64,000 bases of DNA from positions 24,038-88,037 of the IMG/VR virus record IMGVR_UViG_2932189381_000001; one strand, 5' to 3'. Origin of the DNA: a virus. Its lineage: Duplodnaviria; Caudoviricetes. The translations under genes were made by a program, and so were the position numbers. The stretch's first letter is position 1. Each line of letters opens with the position of its first letter. Shown piece by piece: positions 16,796 to 26,856 of the stretch. The notes beneath the pieces are model-generated. The model was not told the DNA's origin. It saw nothing but the letters and a program-made list of their open reading frames with translations, and searched no databases.

Positions 16796-17044
16796 ATGAC
16801 GGCCCAACTGATCAGCACGGACAGGCTCCAGCCCGGCGACGAGGTCGAGCACCGCCGCATCGAGGGCCGCTTCACCGTCGACTCGGTGAACCCCGCCCGC
16901 GTCGATTGGCGCTTCCATTCCCCCGGTGCTGCGCCGTCGGAGACCGGTATGGAGATCGTCGGCCACGACGTCGACGGCGTGACGGTGTACTTCACCGCCG
17001 CCCAGTCCTGCCAGTGGTGGGTCATCGAACTCGCCGCCCGCTAG
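16796..17044 (+). CDS. Hypothetical protein
   Basis: GGGGAG RBS; upstream TTGCGT...CATAGT promoter-like sequence. Confidence 0.6.
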   Translation: MTAQLISTDRLQPGDEVEHRRIEGRFTVDSVNPARVDWRFHSPGAAPSETGMEIVGHDVDGVTVYFTAAQSCQWWVIELAAR

Positions 17045-17128
17045 CCCACCCAGGGCCCGGCCTCCCTGGCCGGGCCCATCGCATGACCCGCACCACCACC
17101 GCACGCCGCACCAAGGGGGACCCGCACG

Positions 17129-17470
17129 ATGCTCAGCTCGAACCGCACCCGCCACGCCGAACTCCGCGCCCGCGCCCGCACCACCCGCGCCGCCGCCCGG
17201 ATCCGCCGCAACGGTGTCGGCACTCTCGCCTCCCACTGCATGGCCGCCGGCCTCGCCCCGAAGGAAGCCCGCTCCGTCGCCGGCACCCTCCGCAAGACCG
17301 CGAAGACGCTCGGCATCACCGGTATCCCCGCCCGCATCCACGCCGGCCGGAAGATGCGCGGCGACTGCCGCCGCTACACCCCCGCCCAGGTCGCCCGCAT
17401 CGCCGTGAAGTACCGGCCGCGCAAGCCCGCCTACAAGCTCGCCGCCGCCAAGCTCGCCCTCGCCGCCTAG
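17129..17470 (+). CDS. Basic hypothetical protein
   Basis: AAGGGGG RBS. Confidence 0.6.
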   Translation: MLSSNRTRHAELRARARTTRAAARIRRNGVGTLASHCMAAGLAPKEARSVAGTLRKTAKTLGITGIPARIHAGRKMRGDCRRYTPAQVARIAVKYRPRKPAYKLAAAKLALAA

Positions 17471-17479
17471 GAGCCCCGC

Positions 17480-17689
17480 ATGCTGAACCCGTTGATCGCC
17501 TGGGAGCCGGGCACGCTGGTCCGCTACCACGGCAGCCTCACCGACCTGCACGGCGTCCACCACGCCCACCCGTGCACGTGCTTGCGCTGCGACGACCCGA
17601 TCATCGGGACGGCCCGCTTCCAGCTCGCCGACAGCACCGGCACCGTCGTGGCGACCTGCGTCCGCGCCCGCTCCCTCACCCCCGCCTGA
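17480..17689 (+). CDS. Hypothetical protein (CxCxxC)
   Basis: AGGAG RBS. Confidence 0.6.
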   Translation: MLNPLIAWEPGTLVRYHGSLTDLHGVHHAHPCTCLRCDDPIIGTARFQLADSTGTVVATCVRARSLTPA

Positions 17690-17706
17690 CCCCGGAAGGC
17701 CAGCCC

Positions 17707-18375
17707 GTGACCACGCACACCCGCACCAGTGCCGCCAGGACCAGAGAGTGGCTTGTCTCAGCGATACTCCCGCCCAACTGGTGGTCCGACCTACTGCACT
17801 GCATCGAGGCCCTGTGCCCGTGCGGCAGCACGACGAGGGTCCGCGACGACCGGCTGACCACACACGAGCCGAAATCGACGTGGGACCTGGACGGCCAGCG
17901 CCGTCCGGCGATCCGCGACGCGACCGGCATCGGGTGGACCTGCCGCTACAGCGGCCGGACCGTCACCCTGGACGCCGCCCTGGCGCGCGACAACGCCCTC
18001 ACCCCGGCCGAGAAGCACGCCCGTGACGTCACGACGCGCCGGCTGGAGGCGGGCATCACGGACACCGCCCCGAAGGGTTACGCGCTGCCCAAGCCGGTCG
18101 CCGGCCTGTTCGCGCTCGCCGAGGCCAACGGCTGGACCGCGCAGCAGGCGTGGGCGCCGCGAGACGACGGCTTCGTCCTGAACGCCCGGGTGGGCCGGGC
18201 CGCCGACGAGGGCAGGCGTTGGCAGTACGACCTGAGCTACTTCGTCGCCCCGGGCGTCGCCCGCCGGACCCCGTTCGGGACGTCCGTCACCCCGGACCGC
18301 CCGGCCCCGCACGACACCCCGCCGCTCAAGGCGATCCGCGCAGCCATCACAGGCCACCCGGTGATCGCCAAGTGA
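17707..18375 (+). CDS. Hypothetical protein
   Basis: GAAGG RBS; codon bias. Confidence 0.6.
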   Translation: MTTHTRTSAARTREWLVSAILPPNWWSDLLHCIEALCPCGSTTRVRDDRLTTHEPKSTWDLDGQRRPAIRDATGIGWTCRYSGRTVTLDAALARDNALTPAEKHARDVTTRRLEAGITDTAPKGYALPKPVAGLFALAEANGWTAQQAWAPRDDGFVLNARVGRAADEGRRWQYDLSYFVAPGVARRTPFGTSVTPDRPAPHDTPPLKAIRAAITGHPVIAK

Positions 18376-18413
18376 ACGCCAGTACCTCCGCCCATCCCCG
18401 AAAGGGACAGCCC

Positions 18414-18704
18414 ATGACGCACGCCATCCTCGACCGCATCGCCACCACGGGCGGCGGCCACCTGATCACCCTCGCCGACGGACACCACATCACCGTCCAC
18501 GGCCAGGCCGGCGCCGACCTGATCGACGAGGTGTACCTGCACCCCGGCCTCGACGTCGACTGGGACCACGACGAGGACTCGGCCGAACTGTTCCTGTCCG
18601 GCGACCCGGAGCTCGCGAAGGGCCGCCTGTTCCTGGAGGTGCCCGTGGCCGACGTCCGCGCGCTGATCGACGAGCGCGGCGGATACGGCCAGGAGCCGTC
18701 CTGA
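18414..18704 (+). CDS. Acidic hypothetical protein
   Basis: AAAGGGA RBS. Confidence 0.6.
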   Translation: MTHAILDRIATTGGGHLITLADGHHITVHGQAGADLIDEVYLHPGLDVDWDHDEDSAELFLSGDPELAKGRLFLEVPVADVRALIDERGGYGQEPS

Positions 18705-18755
18705 CCGCCGCAGGCCCCACTCGCACCACATCCCGACCGCAGTAAGGAGTCTCAG

Positions 18756-18989
18756 ATGGCCAGCAAGTTCCGCATCGTTGCCGAGGTGTACGCGGACGAC
18801 CGCGGTGACGCCGTGTACGCCGAGGGCCGGGTCGAGTCGGTGTTGGAGGAGTACGGCTACGAGGCGGTCGTGTGGCTCGACGAGAGCAACGCCCAGGTCG
18901 AGGTGGCCCGGCTGCGGGCTGCGCTGCGGGACGCGGAGGCCCGGATTGCCGAACTGGAGGCCCGGACCGCCGTAGGCGCGGCGGCCTGA
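18756..18989 (+). CDS. Hypothetical protein with C-terminal coiled coil
   Basis: AAGGAG RBS. Confidence 0.65.
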   Translation: MASKFRIVAEVYADDRGDAVYAEGRVESVLEEYGYEAVVWLDESNAQVEVARLRAALRDAEARIAELEARTAVGAAA

Positions 18990-19343
18990 CCGCCCATCCG
19001 GCCGCGCGAATGGTCGCGCGGCCGGCCCCCGCCGGGCTGTCCTGCCCGGCCTGAACCGATAGGAGGCCGACTGTGGTCACGATCGACTTTGAGCGCCGGT
19101 TCGCCCGCTGCTCCCAGCTCTGGGACGCCGCGCGCTGCCGCCGCAACTTCCGCACCCACTGGCAGGACGAGGCTGACAGGCGGTTCATGACCCGCGTCCG
19201 TTCCCTCTTCCAGACGCGGAAGCCCGCGTGACCGCCAAGCCCCCGCCGCCGGTCCCGTGGTGGGAGGAGACTCCCGCCGAAGCCGCCGCCTGGGACCGGC
19301 GATGGGACGACCGCGACACCGACTACGAACGAAACGAGGACTC

Positions 19344-19655
19344 ATGAAGACCACCGCCCAGGCCGCGATCGTCGCCGCCGGTGCCGCTGTCGTGCTCGCC
19401 CCCGTCGACCCGCAGGCGATCCGCGACCTCAACACCCCCGAGCCCGAGCCCGCCGTCGTCGCCCACTACACGATCAACGGCACCTGCTGGGGCCACGACA
19501 CCACCACCGGCACCGAGGAGATGCTCGCCAGGGCACACAACGACGGCCTCGTCGTCCACGAGTGGCACGTCACCGACCGCGACGGCTGGCCGCTCCGCAT
19601 CACCCGCATCGTCGACCCGTCCGGCTTCGACACCATCTCCGTCATCCCCGCTTGA
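19344..19655 (+). CDS. Hypothetical protein
   Basis: GAGGA RBS. Confidence 0.6.
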   Translation: MKTTAQAAIVAAGAAVVLAPVDPQAIRDLNTPEPEPAVVAHYTINGTCWGHDTTTGTEEMLARAHNDGLVVHEWHVTDRDGWPLRITRIVDPSGFDTISVIPA

Positions 19656-19723
19656 CCACTCCGCGGGCCCGGCCCACCGGCCGGGCCCGCCGCCCACGCC
19701 CTCCCCACCGAAAGGACCCGCCC

Positions 19724-20131
19724 GTGAGAGCCCTGACCGTGAAGTACCCGTGGAGTGCGGCCATCGCCCATGGCCCGAAGCGCATCGAGAACCGCACCCG
19801 CCCCATCCCGGCCGCCCACCTCAGGGCCACGGTCCTCATCCACGCCGGCGCCGCCGAAGACGAGGGCGCCCTCCCTGTCGACATGGTCCGCCAGTGGCCC
19901 CGCTACTTCCGCGCCGTCGTCGCCGTCGCCACCCTCGCCGGCTGCCATCAGGACGACGGCTGCTGCCGCCCGTGGGGGTTCCCCGGCACCTGGCACTGGC
20001 AGTTGGAGGATGTCCGGCCGCTGCCGCATCCGCCGCGTCCGGTCCGTGGGCAGCTCGGCTTGTGGACGGTCCCCGACGACGTCCTCGCCGCCGTCCAGCG
20101 GCAGGTCAACCTGGAGAGGGCCGCCCCGTGA
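19724..20131 (+). CDS. ASCH domain protein
   Basis: MRALTVKYPWSAAIAHGPKRIENRT...VLIHAG...VRGQLGLW. Confidence 0.85.
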   Translation: MRALTVKYPWSAAIAHGPKRIENRTRPIPAAHLRATVLIHAGAAEDEGALPVDMVRQWPRYFRAVVAVATLAGCHQDDGCCRPWGFPGTWHWQLEDVRPLPHPPRPVRGQLGLWTVPDDVLAAVQRQVNLERAAP

Positions 20132-20280
20132 CCGACCCGTCCGGCTGTCGCTGGTGCGGCGTCACCAAGCGCGAGCACGCACAGCGCTGGAAGCCCCCGG
20201 CTGGCTGGCACCAGTGGGAGCAGCCCACCCAGCAGCAGATCAAAACCCGCATGCACGCCCGACGAGACGAGGACCGATGA
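20128..20280 (+). CDS. Small hypothetical protein (CxxC..H)
   Basis: Coupled at both ends. Confidence 0.55.
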   Translation: MTDPSGCRWCGVTKREHAQRWKPPAGWHQWEQPTQQQIKTRMHARRDEDR

Positions 20281-20744
20281 CCGCCGAACTTCCCGAGCCC
20301 CTGCTCGCCTACTTCGCCCAGCGGGAGCAGCAGCGTGCCGCTGCTGTCGAGGGCTTCCTTGCCAGCCTCACCGACTACGAGCGCGGCCTCTTCTACGACG
20401 CCGCCGTCATGGGCTACGTCCGAGGCAGCATGTACCCGCAGGGCGAGGAGATCCCCCTGAACGCGGCGATCGTCGCGGACGTCGTCAACGCCTGCTTCGC
20501 CCACAGCGACCTGTACCCGGCCGTCAACGCCGAGTTCGAGGACCGCCGCGTGGCCGTCGACTACTTCCTCCAGTGCCAGCAGGACGACGACACCTGGGAG
20601 ACCGCCAGCAGCTACATGGACACCCTCGACTGGGCGACCGAGCGGCTCGCGGGGAAGCGCGCAAAGTTCCCGGACTTCACATGGCGACTCGCGCGCCGCA
20701 CCACCTCGGTCGTCGTCGAGGCCCATCGGAACGAGCAGACGTGA
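20277..20744 (+). CDS. Hypothetical protein
   Basis: GAGGA RBS; ATGA overlap. Confidence 0.65.
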   Translation: MTAELPEPLLAYFAQREQQRAAAVEGFLASLTDYERGLFYDAAVMGYVRGSMYPQGEEIPLNAAIVADVVNACFAHSDLYPAVNAEFEDRRVAVDYFLQCQQDDDTWETASSYMDTLDWATERLAGKRAKFPDFTWRLARRTTSVVVEAHRNEQT

Positions 20745-21019
20745 CTCGCCCCTTGTCTGCCCGCCCGGCTCGCGCGGTCGTGGAGGCCGCGCGGCTGGTG
20801 AAAGCCCCGGACTGGCCGGAGACCCGCGCGTGGCATGTCGTCGCCGACGGGCAGGTGCTGGTCGTGGTCGAGCCGTCCTACGGCATCGGCCAGCGCCACC
20901 GATGGACCTGGCGGCTCCCCACCGGAGGCGCCTCCCGCCAGACCGAAACCACCCGCGAGAAAGCCGCCGTTGCCGGGCTTGCAGCCTGGGAGCGGTGGGC
21001 CACCAACAACGAGAAGTGA
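20741..21019 (+). CDS. Hypothetical protein
   Basis: GTGA overlap. Confidence 0.55.
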   Translation: MTRPLSARPARAVVEAARLVKAPDWPETRAWHVVADGQVLVVVEPSYGIGQRHRWTWRLPTGGASRQTETTREKAAVAGLAAWERWATNNEK

Positions 21020-21031
21020 GGAGAACTGACC

Positions 21032-21511
21032 ATGGGACAGTCCACGAACGGCATGCTCGCCTACGGCTACGACCTTGGCGGCGAGGAGGAATGGAAGATC
21101 CGCGAGGCTGGCGAGTACGGAGAGCTGCCGGAACTCGACTGGTTCAACCCCGACAACGAGGACGGCGACGGCTTCCAAGAGGCCGCTGAACGCCACATCC
21201 TCGCCCAGCTCGCAGACTTCACCGAGACCGACTGGCGTGCCGACGGCTACTTCGACCGCGAGCGCGAGGCGAAGGCGCGACTGGGTGTCGAGTTCGACAC
21301 CTACTGCTCCGGCGACTACCCGATGTACCTCCTCGCCGCCAAGGTCATCACCGTCTACCGGGGCTCCGTCGAACACATCGACATGGAGGCCCTGGCCGTC
21401 GAGCCCGAGATGAACGGCTGGGACGAGAAGCTCCACGCCGCCGTCCAGGCGCTCGGCATCACGCCGGCGCAGGACAAACCGAAGTGGGTCCTCTGCTCCT
21501 ACTGGGGATGA
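21032..21511 (+). CDS. Acidic hypothetical protein
   Basis: GAGGAG RBS. Confidence 0.7.
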   Translation: MGQSTNGMLAYGYDLGGEEEWKIREAGEYGELPELDWFNPDNEDGDGFQEAAERHILAQLADFTETDWRADGYFDREREAKARLGVEFDTYCSGDYPMYLLAAKVITVYRGSVEHIDMEALAVEPEMNGWDEKLHAAVQALGITPAQDKPKWVLCSYWG

Positions 21512-21655
21512 CCACCCCACCCCGCCCCTGTGGGCCCGTGCCGTCTGGTGCGGGCCCACAGGCGTGTCTGGGGTCATCGGCCCGGCGTTGTCAACGGCGT
21601 GCCGCATCATTGGCCACAGCGTCACCCGCTTCCCGCACCACACGAGGAGCCGAAC

Positions 21656-22309
21656 GTGCACGACCACCCCACCAGCCCGGACCAGTACGAGTGGCCGACC
21701 TGTGGCCCCTGCGGGCGGCAGCTCCGTCAGGACGAACTCGGGCGTGTCGCCTGCCGCCTCTGCCAGGAGCGCGCCGACACCACCCTGCGGCAACTCCCCG
21801 GCCCTGGCGGGCTCTACGCCCAGCTCGCCACCCGGCTCACCCCCGGGCGAGGAAGTGACGCCCCCGTCGTCACCATGTCCCGCACCGCCCCGCTCCCTGT
21901 TCGCCTCGAACCGCTCTCCCTCATGGCCCGCGGTGGGGTCGTCACCATCCTGCAGACGTGGCTCGTCGACTGGCACGAGACCCTCGGCTGGCGGCATCCC
22001 CGCTGGGAAGGCAACCTTCAGCAGCAGTGCGACCAGGCCGTCAAGGCGCTGCGGATCAACCTGGAATGGGCTGCCGGCGAGCATTCGGCGTTCGGCGACT
22101 TCCTGCACGAGGTGACGAGCGTGGTGCGGCAGTGTGAGCGGCAGATAACCGGGGAGCGCCCCGAGCGGCCGATCGCCGTCGCCTGCCCGTGCGGGACCAC
22201 GCTTCGCGTCACCGTGTCCACGCCGGGCATCCGCTGCCGTGGCTGCGCCACCCAATACGCACGCAGCGAAGTCCTTGACCTGCCCCTCGCCGACCGAGCC
22301 GCCGCCTAA
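21656..22309 (+). CDS. Zn-finger protein, putative late-gene regulator/antiterminator
   Basis: CxxC..CxxC at the N-terminus and CxC..CxxC at the C-terminus; last early gene before a promoter-terminator pair. Function is inferred from position. Confidence 0.55.
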   Translation: MHDHPTSPDQYEWPTCGPCGRQLRQDELGRVACRLCQERADTTLRQLPGPGGLYAQLATRLTPGRGSDAPVVTMSRTAPLPVRLEPLSLMARGGVVTILQTWLVDWHETLGWRHPRWEGNLQQQCDQAVKALRINLEWAAGEHSAFGDFLHEVTSVVRQCERQITGERPERPIAVACPCGTTLRVTVSTPGIRCRGCATQYARSEVLDLPLADRAAA

Positions 22310-22327
22310 CGAGCACCCAACGATCAC

Positions 22328-22357
22328 TTGCGTGACCGATCGGTTGTATGTCACAGT
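22328..22357 (+). promoter_or_regulatory. Putative late promoter
   Basis: TTGCGT-N18-CACAGT. Confidence 0.5.
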
Positions 22358-22393
22358 GCCATCGACGGAACACAAGTGTGTCCGCAGACCTCT

Positions 22394-22421
22394 GAGCCCC
22401 CAGCTTCCGCCGGGGGCTTTC
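22394..22421 (+). terminator. Terminator shortly after the putative late promoter
   Basis: GAGCCCCC...GGGGGCTTTC. Confidence 0.55.
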
Positions 22422-22443
22422 TGCATGCTTGGGGGTGGGCGCG

Positions 22444-22689
22444 ATGCACGTCACCGAGCTGTACCCGGAAGACCTCGTCTTCGAGCATGAAGCGACCGAA
22501 GCAACCGGCGTCCCGGGCACCGTCATCCGACAGTGGGCGCGACGCGGCAGGATCCGCCGCTTCAAAGGCCGGCCTGACGAGTACTCCGGCCAAGGGCACG
22601 AGTACAAGACGATGTACGCGCTCCCCGAAGTGCAGGCGTGTGCTGCCACCTACCGGCCGATGCCGCAGCGCGCACCTCGCGCCGCCTGA
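22444..22689 (+). CDS. MerR-like HTH DNA-binding protein
   Basis: EATEATGVPGTVIRQWARRGRI...MYALPEV. Confidence 0.7.
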   Translation: MHVTELYPEDLVFEHEATEATGVPGTVIRQWARRGRIRRFKGRPDEYSGQGHEYKTMYALPEVQACAATYRPMPQRAPRAA

Positions 22690-22989
22690 TCTCCCTGCGT
22701 GTGGCTCCCGCAGGGCCGGGCCTGGTAGCGCCTCGCGCTCGGCCCCTTTGTCCGCCCGGTCCTTGCGGGGGGCCGGGCGGACACAACCCCTCGACGGGCG
22801 GTCCGGTCGCCGCCTGGTCCCGCCGCCCGAGCAACCCCCGCCAGGGCGGCGGGACACCCAAGACGAGGACGCCGTCGGCAGACGAGGGCTGTCGTCCCAT
22901 GCTGGCCAGTACCGGTTCGACTCCGGAACGGCGGCGCTCCTTGATAACCAACCCAGCGCCACGCGGCGCCCCAGCTTGAAGGAGGCCGC

Positions 22990-23376
22990 GTGGCCGACAA
23001 CCTGACCAACACCGCCGAGAACTTGGCCCTCGACTGGATCCTCGGCGTCGGCACCCCGACCCGGCCCACCACACCGCTCAAGGTGGCTCTGGTCACCGCG
23101 ACCGGCACCGACACCACTGCGGGCACTGAGGTGGCCGGCGGCTCCTACGCACGCCAGAACCTGTCCGTGGCCGCCGCGGTCAACGGGGCCACCAGCAACA
23201 GCGCCGACCTGGCGTGGACCGGACTGCCCGCCGCGACCGTGGTCGGTGTCGAGATCTGGGACTCGTCGGGCACGCCGGTCCGTCTCTGGTACGGGCCGCT
23301 GTCCGCGTCCCGCACCGTCGCCGCCGGGGACGAACTCAAGCTCACCGCCGGGTCGCTCTCCCTGTCTTTGGCATAG
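22990..23376 (+). CDS. Phage structural/fibre-associated protein
   Basis: ENLALDWIL...VAL.T...EVAGGSYARQ...NSA...W...GVEIWD...LWYGPL..SRTV..GD pattern; AAGGAGG RBS. Confidence 0.65.
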   Translation: MADNLTNTAENLALDWILGVGTPTRPTTPLKVALVTATGTDTTAGTEVAGGSYARQNLSVAAAVNGATSNSADLAWTGLPAATVVGVEIWDSSGTPVRLWYGPLSASRTVAAGDELKLTAGSLSLSLA

Positions 23377-23386
23377 GGAGGGCCGC

Positions 23387-24502
23387 ATGCCGTCCCTGTC
23401 CACGCTCGTCGACAACTTCAACGCGGCCACGCTCGGCCCCGTCTGGGGTAACTCCTACGGCGGGACCGCGGTTGTCGGCGGCCGGGCGCGCGTGCCGTGC
23501 ACCCTCGACTACGCCGGCTGCCAGACCGCCTACGCGTGGACTCTCGCCGGGGCCAGCTTCTTCGTGCAGGTGCCCGTCGTGCCGAACCCGGGCGGGGCCA
23601 CGGCGGAGGCGTACTGCGCGGTCACCGTTCAAGGCTCGGTCGAGGGCACCCGCGTCGGGTTCATCATCAACACCGTGTCCGGGCTGATCCGCTGCGTATC
23701 CGAGACCGGCTACTGGGACGATGCGGCGGTCGAGCTCACCTATGCCCCGGTCGCCCACCTCTTCCTGCGGCTACGGGAGGACGGCACCAACCTCTACTGG
23801 GACACGTCCCCGGACGGCACGACGTGGACCAACCGGCGCACGCTCGCCACCCCCGCCTGGATTCCTACCGAAGTCGATACGTGCGCGCTCGACATGAGCG
23901 CCCACCGGGATGGCGGCGTCGGCGACTACGTCGAGTTCGACCTGTTCAACACGCTGTCCAACGGGGCCGTACTCACCGCGTCCGCGGCTTTGTCCGCTGA
24001 GACGACCCTCGGCGCTGTGGCCCGCGTCACCGCACGCGCGACGGCGGAGCTCACCGCGGACACGACCCTCGCCGCCGCCCCGACCCTGGCCGCGCACGCC
24101 ACAGCCGTCCTCGCCGGTCAGGCGACGCTTGCCGCGGACGCGGACAGTGCAGAGATCCCGGAGGTGGCAGGGTTGGCAGCCGGAATCTTCGATCTGCGTT
24201 TGGAGCAGGGCGCCACGTTCGTGCAGAACTACCGGGTCGCGGATGTGCCGGGCTTCTCCTGGGACGGGTGGGCGGTGCGCTCACAGATCCGGTCGGCGCC
24301 CGCTTCCGAGCACGGCGAACTCCTCCTCGACCTGGGCGACTACCTGACCATCATCGGGGACACGATCCGGCTTGCTATCCCCGCCGCGGTCACTGAAACC
24401 CTCACCCGGAACGGGGTCTGGGACCTCGAGGTCTTCAAGGCGGGCACCGTCGTCAGGCTGCTGCAGGGCCGTGCGGTCGTCTCGCTGGAGGTGACCCGGT
24501 GA
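23387..24502 (+). CDS. Putative virion protein: lectin-like beta-sandwich plus C-terminal BppU-like domain
   Basis: DNFN...W start, LRLREDG..LYWDTSPDGTTW; C-terminal LEQGATF...RSQIR...GVWDLEV...RLLQG...EVTR. Confidence 0.6.
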   Translation: MPSLSTLVDNFNAATLGPVWGNSYGGTAVVGGRARVPCTLDYAGCQTAYAWTLAGASFFVQVPVVPNPGGATAEAYCAVTVQGSVEGTRVGFIINTVSGLIRCVSETGYWDDAAVELTYAPVAHLFLRLREDGTNLYWDTSPDGTTWTNRRTLATPAWIPTEVDTCALDMSAHRDGGVGDYVEFDLFNTLSNGAVLTASAALSAETTLGAVARVTARATAELTADTTLAAAPTLAAHATAVLAGQATLAADADSAEIPEVAGLAAGIFDLRLEQGATFVQNYRVADVPGFSWDGWAVRSQIRSAPASEHGELLLDLGDYLTIIGDTIRLAIPAAVTETLTRNGVWDLEVFKAGTVVRLLQGRAVVSLEVTR

Positions 24503-25299
24503 GGATCCAGGTCACGGGCGAGGCGTTCACTGACGAGATCGAAGTGACCACCGGACAGCAGGCCCGCACCGTCGTGGTGTCCGCCGGCCTCGTGTCCTCC
24601 GTCAATGGGCAGACCGGCGACGTCGTCGGCCTGGCCACCGTCGACGGTGTCGAGGCTGCGGCTCAGGGCGTGGTCGATGAGCATGTGGCCGCCGTGGACC
24701 CGCACGGGGACCGGGTGTACGCCGAGGAGGCGCTGCAGGCGCACGTCGTGGCTCCGGATCCGCACGGCGATCGGGCGGCAGCCGCAGCAGATGCGACAGC
24801 GAAGGTCGCCGCGCACCTCGCGGCCACGGACCCGCACGCCGACCGGGCTTACGCCGACGGGAAGTTCCTGCCGAAGGCGGGCGGCACGTTCACCGGTCCA
24901 CTCAACGGGCCCGGCGGGTTCGCGGTCGCCTCCGACGGCGGGGTCACCGCGCCGAGCCTGACCTTGCCGGCTGCGGCCACCTCGCTCAGCAAGAGTCTCG
25001 TCATCACCGCCCCGGCCGGCGCGGTCTCCTACGTGGTGTGGCGCGCTCCGAAAGCGTGCACCGTGACCGCGGTCCGCGGGTATCGGGTGGGTGGCACCGG
25101 GGTGACGATCAACGCGGTCAAGAACGCGGTCGATCTCCTCGCCACGAACCTGTCCCTGTCGACGGCGTCCACGTGGATGTCCGGGCCGTCCGTGCAGAAC
25201 GCCGCCTTTGCCGCGGGCGACAGTCTCACCGTCGCGATCCGCTCCGTCACCGGGGCGCCGACGGCGGTCACGATTCAGGTCGACCTGCAAGGGGTGTGA
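24499..25299 (+). CDS. Fibre protein
   Basis: VSSVNGQTGDV motif and 3x HxAAxDPHxDR repeats. Confidence 0.65.
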   Translation: MRIQVTGEAFTDEIEVTTGQQARTVVVSAGLVSSVNGQTGDVVGLATVDGVEAAAQGVVDEHVAAVDPHGDRVYAEEALQAHVVAPDPHGDRAAAAADATAKVAAHLAATDPHADRAYADGKFLPKAGGTFTGPLNGPGGFAVASDGGVTAPSLTLPAAATSLSKSLVITAPAGAVSYVVWRAPKACTVTAVRGYRVGGTGVTINAVKNAVDLLATNLSLSTASTWMSGPSVQNAAFAAGDSLTVAIRSVTGAPTAVTIQVDLQGV

Positions 25300-25302
25300 G
25301 CG

Positions 25303-26847
25303 ATGGCGGTGTTCACCGTCGATGACGGGCAGATGCTGTATCAGCCGCCGCCCGCCGCCCTCACCACCCAGACCCTCACCGGCCCGAACCGGCTGCAAGT
25401 GTCCGACGGCCAGGGCGTGCTGGCCACGCTCACGGTCGGTGCGCGGACTGTCGCGATGCGGGGGCCGGTCCGGACGTTCGTCGAGGACAAGAGGCCATTC
25501 ACCGACCAGTTCACGAGGACGGCGAGCAACGGGTTCGGCGCGAGTCCCGGTGGCGGTAACTGGTCTCAGTCCGGTACCGCCGCCCTCTACAGCGTGACCG
25601 GCGGCGTCGGGCAGATCTCGTGCGACGTCGCCAACACTTCGCGGCATGCCACCGTCATCGACACGCTCACGGACGTTGACGTCACCGCCAAGGTGACCGT
25701 CACCACCGTCCCCGCGGGGGCCGCATCGTCGATCGGTCTCTCCTTCGGTTACACGGCCACGAGCGACGCGAACCGTGCCCGGCTGATCGTCAACACGACC
25801 GGTGTCGTGCAGCTGACCTTGGAGAAGGAAGTCGGTGGCACCGTCACCGCGCTCGGTGCAGCCACGCAGGTTGGGACCGGTTTCACGGCTGGCCAGTGGT
25901 GGCGGATCCGCGCCCAGCGCACCGGTTCTACGATCCGCTGTCGGGCGTGGCGTGACGGGACCGCCGAGCCGGAGACGTGGCTGCACTCCGTCGCCGACAC
26001 CGCGAACCCGGCGGGCCGGGTCGGGTTCCGGGCGCTCGCGTCCACCGGCTCCACCGGCCTGCCGCGCATCTTTCAGGTCGACGACCTGCAAGTCGTCTCC
26101 GGTAGCTGGGACGTCGTTCCGACTGTCACTCACAGCACGTGGGTGCGGGTCCTCGATCAGCCGTTCACCGGCACGTGGACGCCGCAGCTCGCCGACCAGA
26201 TCCGCGCGTGGGCGGTCGACTCCAGTCCGGACGTTCTGGCCTACGCGATGATGTACGTGACCGGCGCCCCGGCCGTGACCAGCCCCGCCCTCGCCGGAGC
26301 GCAGGTCGCCGGCCAGTCCGACTATGGGCCCCTCGACGCCGCGGGTGCGCCCATCGAGGGTGCCGACTTCCACGACTACATGGGCCGCAGCTGGACGTTC
26401 CCGAACGGGGAGACACAGTCGGCGGGCGCGGGGGAGCAGGGGTGCATGGACTGCTCCGGTTTTACTCGCATGATCTACGGCTTCCACATGGGCATCCCGA
26501 TGGTGCGCACGGAGAACATCGACGGGCTGAACCTGCCGCGGATGACGAAGGACATCGGTCCGAACGGTCCGGGTGTCATCGTCGCGCAGTCGGCGAGTAG
26601 CGCACCCCCGCTCACCGCGATCCAGCCCGGCGACGTCCCGCACTTCGACGCCGACACCGGTGACCCTATAGCCGGGCAGATGGACCACAACGGGATCTAC
26701 CTCGGAGTCGACAGCCTCGGCCAGCCGCGGTTCGTGAACTCGCGGAAGACGCCGAACGGGCCCACCTTCGCCGACCTCGGCGGCGCCTCCCGGCTGGACG
26801 GTGTCGGCCTGTACGCGACCAGCCTTCGCTTGATCAGACGCTTCTAG
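25303..26847 (+). CDS. Lectin-like plus NlpC/P60 (C40 peptidase) protein
   Basis: MDCSGFTRMIYG...QPGD...DHNGIYLG catalytic Cys/His motifs. Confidence 0.75.
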   Translation: MAVFTVDDGQMLYQPPPAALTTQTLTGPNRLQVSDGQGVLATLTVGARTVAMRGPVRTFVEDKRPFTDQFTRTASNGFGASPGGGNWSQSGTAALYSVTGGVGQISCDVANTSRHATVIDTLTDVDVTAKVTVTTVPAGAASSIGLSFGYTATSDANRARLIVNTTGVVQLTLEKEVGGTVTALGAATQVGTGFTAGQWWRIRAQRTGSTIRCRAWRDGTAEPETWLHSVADTANPAGRVGFRALASTGSTGLPRIFQVDDLQVVSGSWDVVPTVTHSTWVRVLDQPFTGTWTPQLADQIRAWAVDSSPDVLAYAMMYVTGAPAVTSPALAGAQVAGQSDYGPLDAAGAPIEGADFHDYMGRSWTFPNGETQSAGAGEQGCMDCSGFTRMIYGFHMGIPMVRTENIDGLNLPRMTKDIGPNGPGVIVAQSASSAPPLTAIQPGDVPHFDADTGDPIAGQMDHNGIYLGVDSLGQPRFVNSRKTPNGPTFADLGGASRLDGVGLYATSLRLIRRF

Positions 26848-26856
26848 GAGACCGTC

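Noticed and set aside
22870-22936. Functional tRNA gene
   Set aside because: Too short, with no clear D or anticodon arm and no CCA; kept only as a tRNA-like remnant.
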